Positions 9,674 to 18,844 are shown, counted from the first letter of the stretch. The stretch is DNA of 64,000 nt from Nocardioides sp. (GCF_050246775.1 NZ_JBFWVK010000001.1:854566-918565), one strand, 5' to 3'. Notes: generated from the sequence alone by a model not told the origin. Numbers and translations: made by a program.

Positions 9674-9886
9674 GCAGCTCCACTGCCGACAGGTTCCCTG
9701 CGCAGCGTTCGTTAGCCGCTCAGCGAATTCCAGGCAGTCACCCGACCCGCAGGCGATCCGGAGTCAGTCCGCCGGATGCGTGCGCAGGTCCTCCCCGAGG
9801 AGGAAACCGCGCATCCGCCTGCGGGTCGCTCGCATTTCCCGTTGAGTCGTGCCCCGCCGACCCCGGCTGCCAGGCGGCGGAGTCAT

Positions 9887-9927
9887 CGTGGTTGATCGCA
9901 GTCACCTGGTGACTGCGATCAACCACG
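9887..9927. terminator. Perfect 20-bp inverted repeat, probable bidirectional terminator
   Basis: CGTGGTTGATCGCAGTCACC-T-GGTGACTGCGATCAACCACG, between the orphan + transcript and the end of the convergent ABC operon. Confidence 0.75.
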
Positions 9928-9957
9928 CTGTGACTGCGCGCAGCACGGCGGCCGGGG

Positions 9958-11943
9958 TCAGGCGACAGCGGCAGCGGTGAACTGCGCGTTGTACAAGCGG
10001 GCGTAGGCGCCTCCCGCAGCCAGCAGCGAGTCGTGGGTGCCCTGCTCCACGATGGCCCCGGACTCCATGACCAGGATCAGGTCCGCGTCGCGGATGGTCG
10101 AGAGCCGGTGAGCGATGACGAAGGACGTCCGGTCGGTGCGCAGTGCCGCCATCGCATGCTGCAACAGCAACTCGGTGCGGGTGTCCACCGAGGACGTCGC
10201 CTCATCGAGGATCAGCAGCGCGGGGTCGCTGAGGAAGGCGCGTGCGATCGTGATCAGCTGCCGCTCCCCCGCACTGATGTTGCCGCCCTCCTCATCGATC
10301 ACCGTGTCGTAGCCCTCGGGCAGCGAGTGCACGAACCGGTCCACGAAGGTCGCCCGGGCAGCCTCCATGATCTGCTCCTCGCTCGCCCCTGGCGCGCCAT
10401 ACGCGATGTTGTCGCGAATGGTGCCCTCGAACAGCCAGGTGTCCTGCAGCACCATGCCGATCTGGCCGCGCAGCTCCGAGCGGGGCATCGCCGAGATGTC
10501 CGTCCCGTCGAGCGTGATCCGCCCGCCATCGAGCTCGTAGAAGCGCATGACCAGGTTGACCAAGGTGGTCTTGCCCGCCCCGGTCGGTCCGACGATCGCC
10601 ACGGTCTGGCCAGGGCTGGCCACCAGCGACAGGTCCTGGATCAGGGGTACGTCGGGCTCGTAGCTGAAGGCGACATGCTCGAACGCCACCCGCCCCTCGC
10701 GCCGCGCAGGTTTCGTCATGGACACCGGAGCACGCTCGGTGACCACCGAGCCGACCTCCTCCTCGGCGTCGAGCAGCTCGAAGACGCGCTCGGCGGAGGC
10801 GACCCCCGACTGGAGCAGGTTGGCCATCGACGCCACCTGGGTCAGCGGCTGGGTGAACTGTCGGGTGTACTGGATGAAGGCCTGGACGTCGCCGAGGCTC
10901 ATCGTGCCGCTGGCCACGCGCAGCCCGCCGAGGACGGCGATCACGACGTAGTTGAGGTTCCCGATGAACATCATGATCGGCATGATCAGCCCGGACACGA
11001 ACTGGGCACCGAAGGACGCCTGGTAGAGCTCGTCGTTCTCCGTCGCGAAGACCTCCTCGACCTCGCGCTGGCGTCCGAACACCTTGACCAGGCTGTGGCC
11101 GGAGAACGACTCCTCGATGTGGCCGTTGAGCGTGCCGGTGCGGCGCCACTGGGAGACGAACAGGCCCTGGGACCGCTTCATCACCTGGCTCGCCACAACC
11201 ATGGTGATCGGCACCGACACGAGGGCGACGAGCGCCAGCGTGGGGCTGATCCAGATCATCATGCCCAGCACCGCGACCACGGTCAGCAGTGAGGTGAGCA
11301 ACTGGCTCATGGTCTGCTGCAGGGACTGGCTGATGTTGTCGATGTCGTTGGTGACCCGCGAGAGCAGCTCACCACGCGGCTGACGGTCGAAGTAGCCCAG
11401 GGGCAGCCGGTTGATCTTGTCCTCGACCTCTGAGCGCATCCGGAACACCGTGCCCTGCACGACGTCGTTGAGCAGGTAGCCCTGCAGCCACGCCAGGAGC
11501 GAGGCCACCACGTAGACCGCCAGCACCAGAAGCAGGACCGACCCGAGCGCCCCGAAGTCCACCCCCTGACCCGGCACGAAGTCGATGTTGGACAGCAGGT
11601 CGGCCCGGGAGTCGTCACCGTCGGCGCGTAGCCCGGCGATGGCCTGCTCCTTGGAGACCCCGTCAGGGATGTTGGAGCCGATGAAGCCGGCGAAGATGAG
11701 GTTGGTGGCGTGCCCCAGGATCTTCGGTCCGAACGACGTCAGCACGACCGAGACGATGGCGAGGGCCACGACGGCCATGGCTTTGTAACGCTCCGGCGCC
11801 ATCCGGGCGACGAGCCGCTTGGCCGAGGGCCCGAAGCTCATCGCCTTCTGCGCGACCATGCCGCCGCCGAACGGACCTCGCCCGGGCCCGGGGCCGCTCT
11901 GGATGCGCTCGGTCTGCTTGAGCTGTCCGCTGGTCGAGCTCAT
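9958..11943 (-). CDS. ABC exporter fused TMD-NBD subunit (heterodimer partner 2)
   Basis: GPTGAGKTT, signature ISAGERQ, ILDEATSSVD, FVIAHRLSTI. Confidence 0.93.
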   Translation of the reverse strand: MSSTSGQLKQTERIQSGPGPGRGPFGGGMVAQKAMSFGPSAKRLVARMAPERYKAMAVVALAIVSVVLTSFGPKILGHATNLIFAGFIGSNIPDGVSKEQAIAGLRADGDDSRADLLSNIDFVPGQGVDFGALGSVLLLVLAVYVVASLLAWLQGYLLNDVVQGTVFRMRSEVEDKINRLPLGYFDRQPRGELLSRVTNDIDNISQSLQQTMSQLLTSLLTVVAVLGMMIWISPTLALVALVSVPITMVVASQVMKRSQGLFVSQWRRTGTLNGHIEESFSGHSLVKVFGRQREVEEVFATENDELYQASFGAQFVSGLIMPIMMFIGNLNYVVIAVLGGLRVASGTMSLGDVQAFIQYTRQFTQPLTQVASMANLLQSGVASAERVFELLDAEEEVGSVVTERAPVSMTKPARREGRVAFEHVAFSYEPDVPLIQDLSLVASPGQTVAIVGPTGAGKTTLVNLVMRFYELDGGRITLDGTDISAMPRSELRGQIGMVLQDTWLFEGTIRDNIAYGAPGASEEQIMEAARATFVDRFVHSLPEGYDTVIDEEGGNISAGERQLITIARAFLSDPALLILDEATSSVDTRTELLLQHAMAALRTDRTSFVIAHRLSTIRDADLILVMESGAIVEQGTHDSLLAAGGAYARLYNAQFTAAAVA

Positions 11944-13673
11944 GCCGCGGCCTCCGCACTCTGCTGGGACGCCACGATCTCCTGGTACGTCGGATTGCCG
12001 GCCAGGAGATCGTCATGCGTGCCGCGCCCGACAACGACGCCGTCCTCCAGGACCAGGATCAGGTCGGCGTCGCGGATGGTGGACACTCGCTGCGCCACGA
12101 TCACGACCGTCGAGTCCCGGGTGACCGGTTTCAAGGCTGCCCGCAGCCGCGAGTCGGTGGCCAGGTCGAGCGCCGAGAACGAGTCGTCGAAGAGGTAGAT
12201 CCCCGGCTTGCGGATCAGCGCCCGGGCGATGGCCAGGCGCTGGCGCTGACCTCCCGAGAAGTTGGTCCCGCCCTGCGCGACCGGTGCGTCGAGCCCTTCG
12301 GCGAGGGTGGCCACGAAGTCCTTGGCCTGGGCCACTTCGAGGGCCTCCCACATCTCCTGTTCGCTGGCGTGTGGCTTGCCGTAGGCCAGGTTGCTGCGGA
12401 TCGTCCCGCTGAACAGGAACGCCCGCTGAGGCACCAGCCCGATGCTGCCCCACAGGACATCCGGGTCCAGGGCGCGCACATCGACCCCGCCCACCCTCAC
12501 CACGCCGCTGGTCGCGTCGAACAGCCGGGGCACCAGGTTGACCAGGGTGGACTTTCCTGAGCCGGTGGAACCGATGACCGCCACCGTCTGTCCCGGGGTG
12601 GCCTGGAAGCTGATCTGGTGGAGCACGGGGGCCTCGGCGCCGGGGTAGGCGTAGTCGACCTCGTCGAGCTCCAGGGTGCCGTGGCTCCTGAGCTCGGTCA
12701 CCGGCTCCAGCGGCGGGGGGACCGACGACTCCGTCTGGAGGACCTCCATGATCCGATCGGCGCTGACGGCCGACCGCGGGATCATCATCAACATGAAGGT
12801 CGACATCATCACGGCCATCATGATCTGCATCAGGTAGGACAGGAACGCCGTGAGGGCCCCGACCTGCATCTGGCCGCTGTCGACCCGGTGGCCGCCGAAC
12901 CAGAGCACCGCGATGCCGGCCACGTTCACCACCAGCATCACCGCGGGGAACATGGTGGCCAGCCAGCGACCGGTCCTGGTCGCGACCACGGTGAGGTCGT
13001 CGTTGGCAGTCGCGAAGCGGGCGGTCTCGTGCGGTTCACGGACGAAGGCCCGCACGACCCGGATGCCGGTGATCTGCTCGCGCAGCACCCGGTTGACCTC
13101 GTCGACCCGGGTCTGCATCAGACGGAAGCCGGGCACCATCTGGCGCACGATGAGCCCCACGACCAGGAAGAGCACCGGGACCAACACGGCCAGCAGCCAC
13201 GACAGGCCCAGGTCCTCACGCATGGCCATGACGATGCCGCCGATCATCATGATCGGTGCCGCGATCATCATGGTGCAGGTCATCAGCACCAGCATCTGCA
13301 CCTGCTGGACGTCGTTGGTGTTGCGGGTGATCAGGCTGGGCGCGCCGAACTGCTGGAGCTCGCGTTGGGAGAAGGAGCCGACGCGGTGGAACAGGTCTCG
13401 GCGTACGTCGCGGCCGAACGCCATCGCCGTGCGGGCACCGAACCACACAGCAGCCACCGAGCACCCGATCTGGACCAGGGAGATGGCGAGCATGATCGCA
13501 CCGAGCCGGATGATCTCGCCGGTGTCTCCCTGGGCCACCCCGTTGTCGATGATGTCGGCGTTGAGGCTGGGTAGGTAAAGCACCGCCGCGGTGCCCACGA
13601 ACTGGAGGGCGACGACGGCGGCGAGCCAGGCCTTGTACGGCGCCAGCGAGGCGCGGAGCAACGTGATCAACAT
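11940..13673 (-). CDS. ABC exporter fused TMD-NBD subunit (heterodimer partner 1, degenerate site)
   Basis: GSTGSGKST, FSGGQRQR, degenerate Walker B LFDDSFSALD and switch VAQR, typical of TM287/TM288-like heterodimers. Confidence 0.93.
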   Translation of the reverse strand: MLITLLRASLAPYKAWLAAVVALQFVGTAAVLYLPSLNADIIDNGVAQGDTGEIIRLGAIMLAISLVQIGCSVAAVWFGARTAMAFGRDVRRDLFHRVGSFSQRELQQFGAPSLITRNTNDVQQVQMLVLMTCTMMIAAPIMMIGGIVMAMREDLGLSWLLAVLVPVLFLVVGLIVRQMVPGFRLMQTRVDEVNRVLREQITGIRVVRAFVREPHETARFATANDDLTVVATRTGRWLATMFPAVMLVVNVAGIAVLWFGGHRVDSGQMQVGALTAFLSYLMQIMMAVMMSTFMLMMIPRSAVSADRIMEVLQTESSVPPPLEPVTELRSHGTLELDEVDYAYPGAEAPVLHQISFQATPGQTVAVIGSTGSGKSTLVNLVPRLFDATSGVVRVGGVDVRALDPDVLWGSIGLVPQRAFLFSGTIRSNLAYGKPHASEQEMWEALEVAQAKDFVATLAEGLDAPVAQGGTNFSGGQRQRLAIARALIRKPGIYLFDDSFSALDLATDSRLRAALKPVTRDSTVVIVAQRVSTIRDADLILVLEDGVVVGRGTHDDLLAGNPTYQEIVASQQSAEAAA

Positions 13674-14254
13674 GAGGAGTCCTTCGTGCAGGTGCCGTGC
13701 AGGACCACGTCGACGATCTCGTCGGGGGTCATCAGGCGCTGTTCGGAGATGTGGGGGTGGCTGCCGGAGAAGGTGAGCAGGCGCAGCGCCCGGACGACGT
13801 CCTCGACCGGCACCCTGAAGGCTGCCGCGTCAGGCTCGATGAGACGCACCATGCGCAGGTGGGAGCGTCGACGCCACTCGTCGGCCTCCTCGCCCTTGTG
13901 ATGACGAGGCGGGCCCTGCATGGCCATCACGGTCATGAGGTCGAAGATCCCGACGAAGCGCTGCTGCATGGCCTCGGTCAGGGCGACGAGTCGCTCCCGC
14001 AGCGGCAGGGTCGCGTCGACCGACTCCAGCTCGGCCAGGAAGTCCGCAGGGTCGAAGGCGTGGGCCAGCGCGGCGGCGAAGAGGTCGTCCTTGGTCGCGA
14101 AGACCCGGAAGATCGTGCCTTCGGCGATCCCGGCCGCCTCGGCGATCTGGCGCGTCGTCGTCTCCCGCCCATGCTCGCGCAGCAGCGGCAGGGCGGCCTC
14201 GACGATCGCCTGCTTGCGCTCGCCGGGAGGCATCGGGGTCGCTCGGGTACGCAC
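13667..14254 (-). CDS. TetR family transcriptional regulator
   Basis: TTTRQIAEAAGIAEGTIFRVFATKDDL HTH. Confidence 0.9.
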   Translation of the reverse strand: MRTRATPMPPGERKQAIVEAALPLLREHGRETTTRQIAEAAGIAEGTIFRVFATKDDLFAAALAHAFDPADFLAELESVDATLPLRERLVALTEAMQQRFVGIFDLMTVMAMQGPPRHHKGEEADEWRRRSHLRMVRLIEPDAAAFRVPVEDVVRALRLLTFSGSHPHISEQRLMTPDEIVDVVLHGTCTKDSSC

Positions 14255-14260
14255 CCGACG

Positions 14261-14289
14261 ATCTTAGATGAGTGAGCACTCACTCACAA
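14261..14289 (-). promoter_or_regulatory. Promoter and TetR operator for the tetR-ABC operon
   Basis: Minus strand TTGTGA (14289-14284)-N17-TAAGAT (14266-14261) ending 6 nt before GTG 14254; palindrome TGAGTGAG-CA-CTCACTCA (14269-14286) lies in the spacer. Confidence 0.75.
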
Positions 14290-15252
14290 ATGCTTGTGCA
14301 CCGCGGGGACCAGAGCAGCCTCGTCCGGGGTGGACAGCGTGAGGACCGCGTCCTCGACGAACTCACGCTCCTCGATCTCGGCCTCCAGCCTCCGCAGCCG
14401 GACGGCGAGCAGCGGCTCGGCGTCGTCACCGGTCAGATCGACGGCAGCGACCAGGAAGCAGCGCGAGGCGCCGACGTACTCCAGGTGCAGGTAGGTCACC
14501 CGCTCGACCGCCTCGCGTTCCAACAACGCCGTCAAGGCTCGGTCCCACAGCTCCGGCGACACGGTCTGGCCGACCAGGAACTGCCGGTTGCGGTTGATCA
14601 GGAAGATCGCCGCCGCCCCGAGCAGCACCCCGATGGCGATGGAGCCGAGCGCATCCCAGACCGCGTTGCCGGTGAGCTGGTGCAGACCGATGCCGATCGT
14701 GGCGAAGGCGATCCCGATGAGGGCCACGAAGTCCTCCAGGAACACCGCGCGCAGGGTCGGGTTGGACGTGCGGTTGATGAAGGAGAGCGGGCGCAGCCCG
14801 AAGGTGGCGGCTTCACCTCGCGTCTGGCCCACGGCCTGCCGGAAGGAGATCCCCTCCAGCACGAAGGCGATCGCGAGGACGACGTAGTTGACCACATAGT
14901 TCTCGTGAGCACTCGTCGAGGTCAGTTGGGAGGCGCCGTGCCACAGCGACACCACGGACCCGGCGGTGAACAGCCCGACCGCTGCGAACAGCGACCAGAT
15001 GTAGGTGTCGCGACCGTAGCCGCGCGGATGTGACTCGTCACGCGGCCGGCGGCCCTGCCGCTCGGCGATGAGCAGGAAGATCTCGTTGCCGGCATCAGCC
15101 CACGAGTGCGCCGCCTCGGCCACCATCGAGGCTGACCCCGTGAAGACGGCGGCCACCGTCTTGGCCACCGCGATGAGAGCGTTGGCCACGAGCGCCACGA
15201 CGACCGTCACCAGGCTCTCGCTGGCCTGCTCCTTCGGTGCCGGCGCGCTCAT
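14284..15252 (-). CDS. Cation diffusion facilitator (CDF) family transporter
   Basis: SASMVAEAAHSWAD.GNE, HPRGYGR..YIWS, VFLED..AL, WDALGSI.IG. Confidence 0.88.
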   Translation of the reverse strand: MSAPAPKEQASESLVTVVVALVANALIAVAKTVAAVFTGSASMVAEAAHSWADAGNEIFLLIAERQGRRPRDESHPRGYGRDTYIWSLFAAVGLFTAGSVVSLWHGASQLTSTSAHENYVVNYVVLAIAFVLEGISFRQAVGQTRGEAATFGLRPLSFINRTSNPTLRAVFLEDFVALIGIAFATIGIGLHQLTGNAVWDALGSIAIGVLLGAAAIFLINRNRQFLVGQTVSPELWDRALTALLEREAVERVTYLHLEYVGASRCFLVAAVDLTGDDAEPLLAVRLRRLEAEIEEREFVEDAVLTLSTPDEAALVPAVHKHL

Positions 15253-15686
15253 GTGCCCCAGTATTCACGCCACCAGTCCAGGGCCAGGTCCACGTGTCCG
15301 AGGCGCGGGAGTGCCTCGACCTGGCCCAACGGGATCCAGCGCGCCTCGTCGGTGCTGCCGTCCACCTCATGGGTGAGGTCACCGCCGACGATGCTGGCCT
15401 CGTGCACGATCCTGACGTGCTTGAGCGGACGGCTTCGGTCATGCAGCCGCTCCGCCGCCGCCACGACCTCGGTGTCCACGCCGAGGAGCACCCCGGGCTG
15501 GACGTCGTAGCCGGTCTCCTCGCGCAGCTCGCGCACCAGGCCGTCAGGCACGTCCTCCGCGAGATCGATGCCTCCCCCGGGCAGGGCCCACTGGGGCGGG
15601 TCGGTGTCGTTGCCCAGGACCAGGAGCACGCGGTCGTGGGTGTCCACGATGACGGCGTACGCCGCGAGTCGGGTGTCGAAGTCCAT
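15249..15686 (-). CDS. NUDIX hydrolase
   Basis: WALPGGGIDLAEDVPDGLVRELREETG Nudix box. Confidence 0.85.
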   Translation of the reverse strand: MDFDTRLAAYAVIVDTHDRVLLVLGNDTDPPQWALPGGGIDLAEDVPDGLVRELREETGYDVQPGVLLGVDTEVVAAAERLHDRSRPLKHVRIVHEASIVGGDLTHEVDGSTDEARWIPLGQVEALPRLGHVDLALDWWREYWGT

Positions 15687-15716
15687 GACGGCGAACCTAG
15701 CGGGCAGGGCCGACAG

Positions 15717-16370
15717 CTACGGCGCCAGACGGTACGTCGACCAGCCCTCACCGGTGCGCTCGTAGACCAGCCGGTCGTGCATGCGCCCCGGTCGACCCTG
15801 CCAGAACTCGAGCTTCGAGGCAGCCACCAGGTAGCCGCCCCAGAAGTCGGGCACCGGCACCTCGTCGGGGAAGCGTTCCTCGATCGCGGCCGCGGCCGCA
15901 TCGAGCTCGTCGCGCGAGGCGACCACACGCGACTGGCGACTTGCCCAGGCACCGACCCGGGAGCGGCGGGGGCGGGAGGCGAAGTAGGCATCCACGTCCG
16001 AGCGGGGCAGCAGGCTGACCGCGCCCTCGACCCGCACCTGGCGCTCCAGTGGGTGCCAGGGGAAGAGCAGGGAGCAGCGCGGGTTCTCGGCCAGGTCACG
16101 GCCCTTCGCGGAGTCGAGGTTGGTGAAGAAGACGAAACCGTCCGACGAGATCCCCTTGAGCAGCACGAACCGGGCCGAAGGCGCACCGTCGGCAGACGCG
16201 GTGGCCACGACCATGGAGTTGGGTTCGTAGATGCCCGCTGCCGCCGCGTCGTCGTACCACCGCGAGAACATCGCGTAGGGGTCCTCGAGCAGGTCGGCCT
16301 CCACCAGTCCCCCGCGCGTGTAGTCCTCTCGGGCGTCGGCCAGCTTGCGGGAATCGGTGATCGCGTCCAT
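15717..16370 (-). CDS. pdxH: Pyridoxamine 5'-phosphate oxidase
   Basis: EPNSMVVATA, PSARFVLLKG, FFTNLDSAKG, RQVRVEG, YFASRPR.S..GAWAS.QS, LEFWQGRPGRMHDRLVY. Confidence 0.95.
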   Translation of the reverse strand: MDAITDSRKLADAREDYTRGGLVEADLLEDPYAMFSRWYDDAAAAGIYEPNSMVVATASADGAPSARFVLLKGISSDGFVFFTNLDSAKGRDLAENPRCSLLFPWHPLERQVRVEGAVSLLPRSDVDAYFASRPRRSRVGAWASRQSRVVASRDELDAAAAAIEERFPDEVPVPDFWGGYLVAASKLEFWQGRPGRMHDRLVYERTGEGWSTYRLAP

Positions 16371-16474
16371 GCCCACAATCTAGTTCGGCGTCCCACTCAT
16401 CCGGGACATGCGGCAGAATGCGACGGCGGGCCGGGTGCCAAGCCCAGCCCGCACACCCTTGTCGAGGAGTCAGC

Positions 16475-17590
16475 ATGAGTTCGTCCGATGTAGTCGTCCA
16501 TGAAGGCCTTGAGGGCGTCATCGCCTTCCAGACCGAGATCGCCGAACCTGACAAGGAGGGCTCGGCGCTCCGCTACCGCGGGGTGGACATCGAGGACATC
16601 GTCGGCCGGGTGCCGTTCGAGAAGGTGTGGGGGCTGCTCATCGACGGGGCCTACGAGCCGGGGCTGCCGCCGGCCGAGCCCTACAACATCCCGGTGCACA
16701 CCGGTGACATCCGTGTCGACGTCCAGGCCGCGGTCGCGATGCTGGCCCCCGCCTTCGGGATGGGCCAGACCTACGACATCACCGACGAGGCCGCGCGCGA
16801 GGACCTCAGCCGGGTCGCGGTGATGGTGCTCTCCTACGCCGCGCAGGCGGCCCGGGGGCTGGACAAGCCCGTGGTGCCGCAGCGGGAGGTCGACCAGGGT
16901 CACACCCTCGCGGAGCGGTTCATGATCCGCTGGAAGGGCGAGCCGGACCCCAAGCACGTCAAGGCGATCGACGCCTACTGGAGCTCGGCGGCCGAGCACG
17001 GCATGAACGCCTCCACCTTCACGGCCCGCGTGATCACCTCGACCGGCGCCGATGTCGCAGCGGCCTTCTCCGGTGCGATCGGCGCGATGAGCGGCCCCTT
17101 GCACGGCGGCGCCCCCTCGCGTGTGCTCGGCATGATCGAGGAGGTCGAGAAGCGTGGTGACGCCGCGTCCTACGTCAAGGAGCTGCTCGACAACGGCGAG
17201 CGGTTGATGGGCTTCGGGCACCGGGTCTACCGGGCCGAGGACCCCCGTGCCCGGGTGCTGCGACGCACGGCGCGCGAGCTGGATGCTCCGCGCTACGAGG
17301 TGGCCGAGTCCCTGGAGAAGGCCGCCCTCGCCGAGCTGCGCGAACGCCGACCGGACCGGGTCCTGGAGACCAACGTGGAGTTCTGGGCAGCGATCGTCCT
17401 GGACTTCGCACAGGTCCCGCCGCCGATGTTCACCTCGATGTTCACCTGCGCCCGCACGGCCGGCTGGTCCGCGCACATCCTGGAGCAGAAACGCACCGGG
17501 CGCCTGATCCGCCCGTCGGCCATCTACGCCGGCCCGTCGGCGCGCCCGGCCAGCGACGTCGAGGGCTGGAACCCCGAGTGGGGCAACTGA
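16475..17590 (+). CDS. citA: Citrate synthase 2 (actinobacterial CitA type)
   Basis: GLEGVIAF.TEIAEPDKEGSALRYRG, AEHGMNASTF, SGPLHGGAP, MGFGHRVYRAEDPRA, ETNVEFW. Confidence 0.92.
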   Translation: MSSSDVVVHEGLEGVIAFQTEIAEPDKEGSALRYRGVDIEDIVGRVPFEKVWGLLIDGAYEPGLPPAEPYNIPVHTGDIRVDVQAAVAMLAPAFGMGQTYDITDEAAREDLSRVAVMVLSYAAQAARGLDKPVVPQREVDQGHTLAERFMIRWKGEPDPKHVKAIDAYWSSAAEHGMNASTFTARVITSTGADVAAAFSGAIGAMSGPLHGGAPSRVLGMIEEVEKRGDAASYVKELLDNGERLMGFGHRVYRAEDPRARVLRRTARELDAPRYEVAESLEKAALAELRERRPDRVLETNVEFWAAIVLDFAQVPPPMFTSMFTCARTAGWSAHILEQKRTGRLIRPSAIYAGPSARPASDVEGWNPEWGN

Positions 17591-18157
17591 TCAGTCGGGC
17601 AGCCGCCCGTCGTACCAGCTCGTGTAGCCGTTGCCGCCGCCGCGGGTGAGCGAGATGTGCAGGTGGTTGCGGTGCCGCAGCGTCGCCGAGCACTTCTTCC
17701 GGCTCGGGCAGCTGGAGCTGAGGTAGGGCTTGGGCTCGAACCGGTCGTAGGCGGCGTACATGTGGTCGTTCCAGATCACGTACATGATGCCCATCCGGCG
17801 GGCCCGGGCATGCTCGTTGCCCTGGCCATCGGTAGCGAAGGCGCGGGTCAGGAAGGTGCGCGCGCGCTTGCGGTCAGCCGGGCGCCGGGCATCGAGCACC
17901 CAGTCGAAGGCTCGACCCTCCTTGTGCTCGGACGTGGAGCTGCCGGTGCAGGCTCGTTTGGTCGGCCCGAAGCCACCACCGAAGTGGTGGACGATCCAGC
18001 GACCGAGCACCTTGGTGCCAGGCTTGGTCACGGCTACGCACCGGGTCTGCGGCTGGTAGGGCGCGTAGTCCTCGATGGGTCGTGGGGCGGCGACGGCGGA
18101 CGTGACCGGCGCAGCGACACTGAGGACGAGGGCGGCGATGGTGAGACGAGCGAGCAC
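17591..18157 (-). CDS. Secreted protein with an M15-like (LAS superfamily) zinc peptidase motif
   Basis: Signal peptide, SEHKEGRAFDW (S-x-H-x-x-G-R-A-x-D) and HRNHLHIS (HxH) motifs. Confidence 0.6.
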   Translation of the reverse strand: MLARLTIAALVLSVAAPVTSAVAAPRPIEDYAPYQPQTRCVAVTKPGTKVLGRWIVHHFGGGFGPTKRACTGSSTSEHKEGRAFDWVLDARRPADRKRARTFLTRAFATDGQGNEHARARRMGIMYVIWNDHMYAAYDRFEPKPYLSSSCPSRKKCSATLRHRNHLHISLTRGGGNGYTSWYDGRLPD

Positions 18158-18215
18158 GACATTTCCCTTCCGAGACGGGCAACGCGTTCGAGGCTAGAGG
18201 GCCTCGCGCTCGATG

Positions 18216-18788
18216 TCAGGTCTTTGCCGCGATCAGCAGGTAGCGCTCGTCGGTGATCTCCTTGCCCCAGTAGACGGCCTCCGGCAACGGCGTCACCACG
18301 CCTGCGGCGCCCGCGTGAGTCGCGATCGACAGCGCCTGCTCGGCGCTCAGCCCGGCCCCGGTGGACCAGTTGCCCTCCACGAGCACCGCACTGCCACCGG
18401 GCCGGAGGAGACCCAGCCAGTTCGACAACGCGGCGACCGGATCGGGCATCGCCCAGAGCACGTGCCGGCTCAGCACCACGTCGTACGCTGACCGCTCGAG
18501 CGGCGGGCGAGCGGCGTCACCGAGCACGAACGTGGCCTCGGGCACCTTGGCCGCGGCGCGCACCAGCATCTCGGGAGCGAAGTCCAACCCGGTCACGGCG
18601 TACCCCTGGTCGACGAGCAGCCGGCTCAGGGTGCCGGTTCCGCAGCCGAGGTCCGCGACCCGTGCCGGCGGCGCCGGGAGTACGCCGCACAGGAGGTCAC
18701 GCCACGCGTGGCGGGTGACCGGGTCGGCCAGCCCGTGATCGGGCTCCTGGTCGTAGGTGGCAGCTTCGGCGTTCCAGATCTCAATCAT
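18216..18788 (-). CDS. Class I SAM-dependent methyltransferase
   Basis: VADLGCGTGT motif I, GLD...EML, FVLGDA, YDVVLSRHVLW. Confidence 0.88.
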   Translation of the reverse strand: MIEIWNAEAATYDQEPDHGLADPVTRHAWRDLLCGVLPAPPARVADLGCGTGTLSRLLVDQGYAVTGLDFAPEMLVRAAAKVPEATFVLGDAARPPLERSAYDVVLSRHVLWAMPDPVAALSNWLGLLRPGGSAVLVEGNWSTGAGLSAEQALSIATHAGAAGVVTPLPEAVYWGKEITDERYLLIAAKT

Positions 18789-18844
18789 CGAAGGCGACCC
18801 TAGCGCTCGACTTGGTTGCCTTTGGCGTACCCGTTAGACTCACC

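Larger units (their letters stand above)
9609..9927 (+). ncRNA. Candidate structured small RNA / dual-function transcript
   Basis: Promoter upstream, several hairpins including a 13-bp stem 9743-9755/9816-9828 closing two inner stems, terminator-like IR at the 3' end, no downstream + strand gene. Confidence 0.5.

Noticed and set aside
9609-9927. Identification as Ms1, 6C, 6S, SRP, RNase P or tmRNA
   Set aside because: I could not recognise the diagnostic sequence motifs of these RNAs, so it is left unnamed pending an Rfam search
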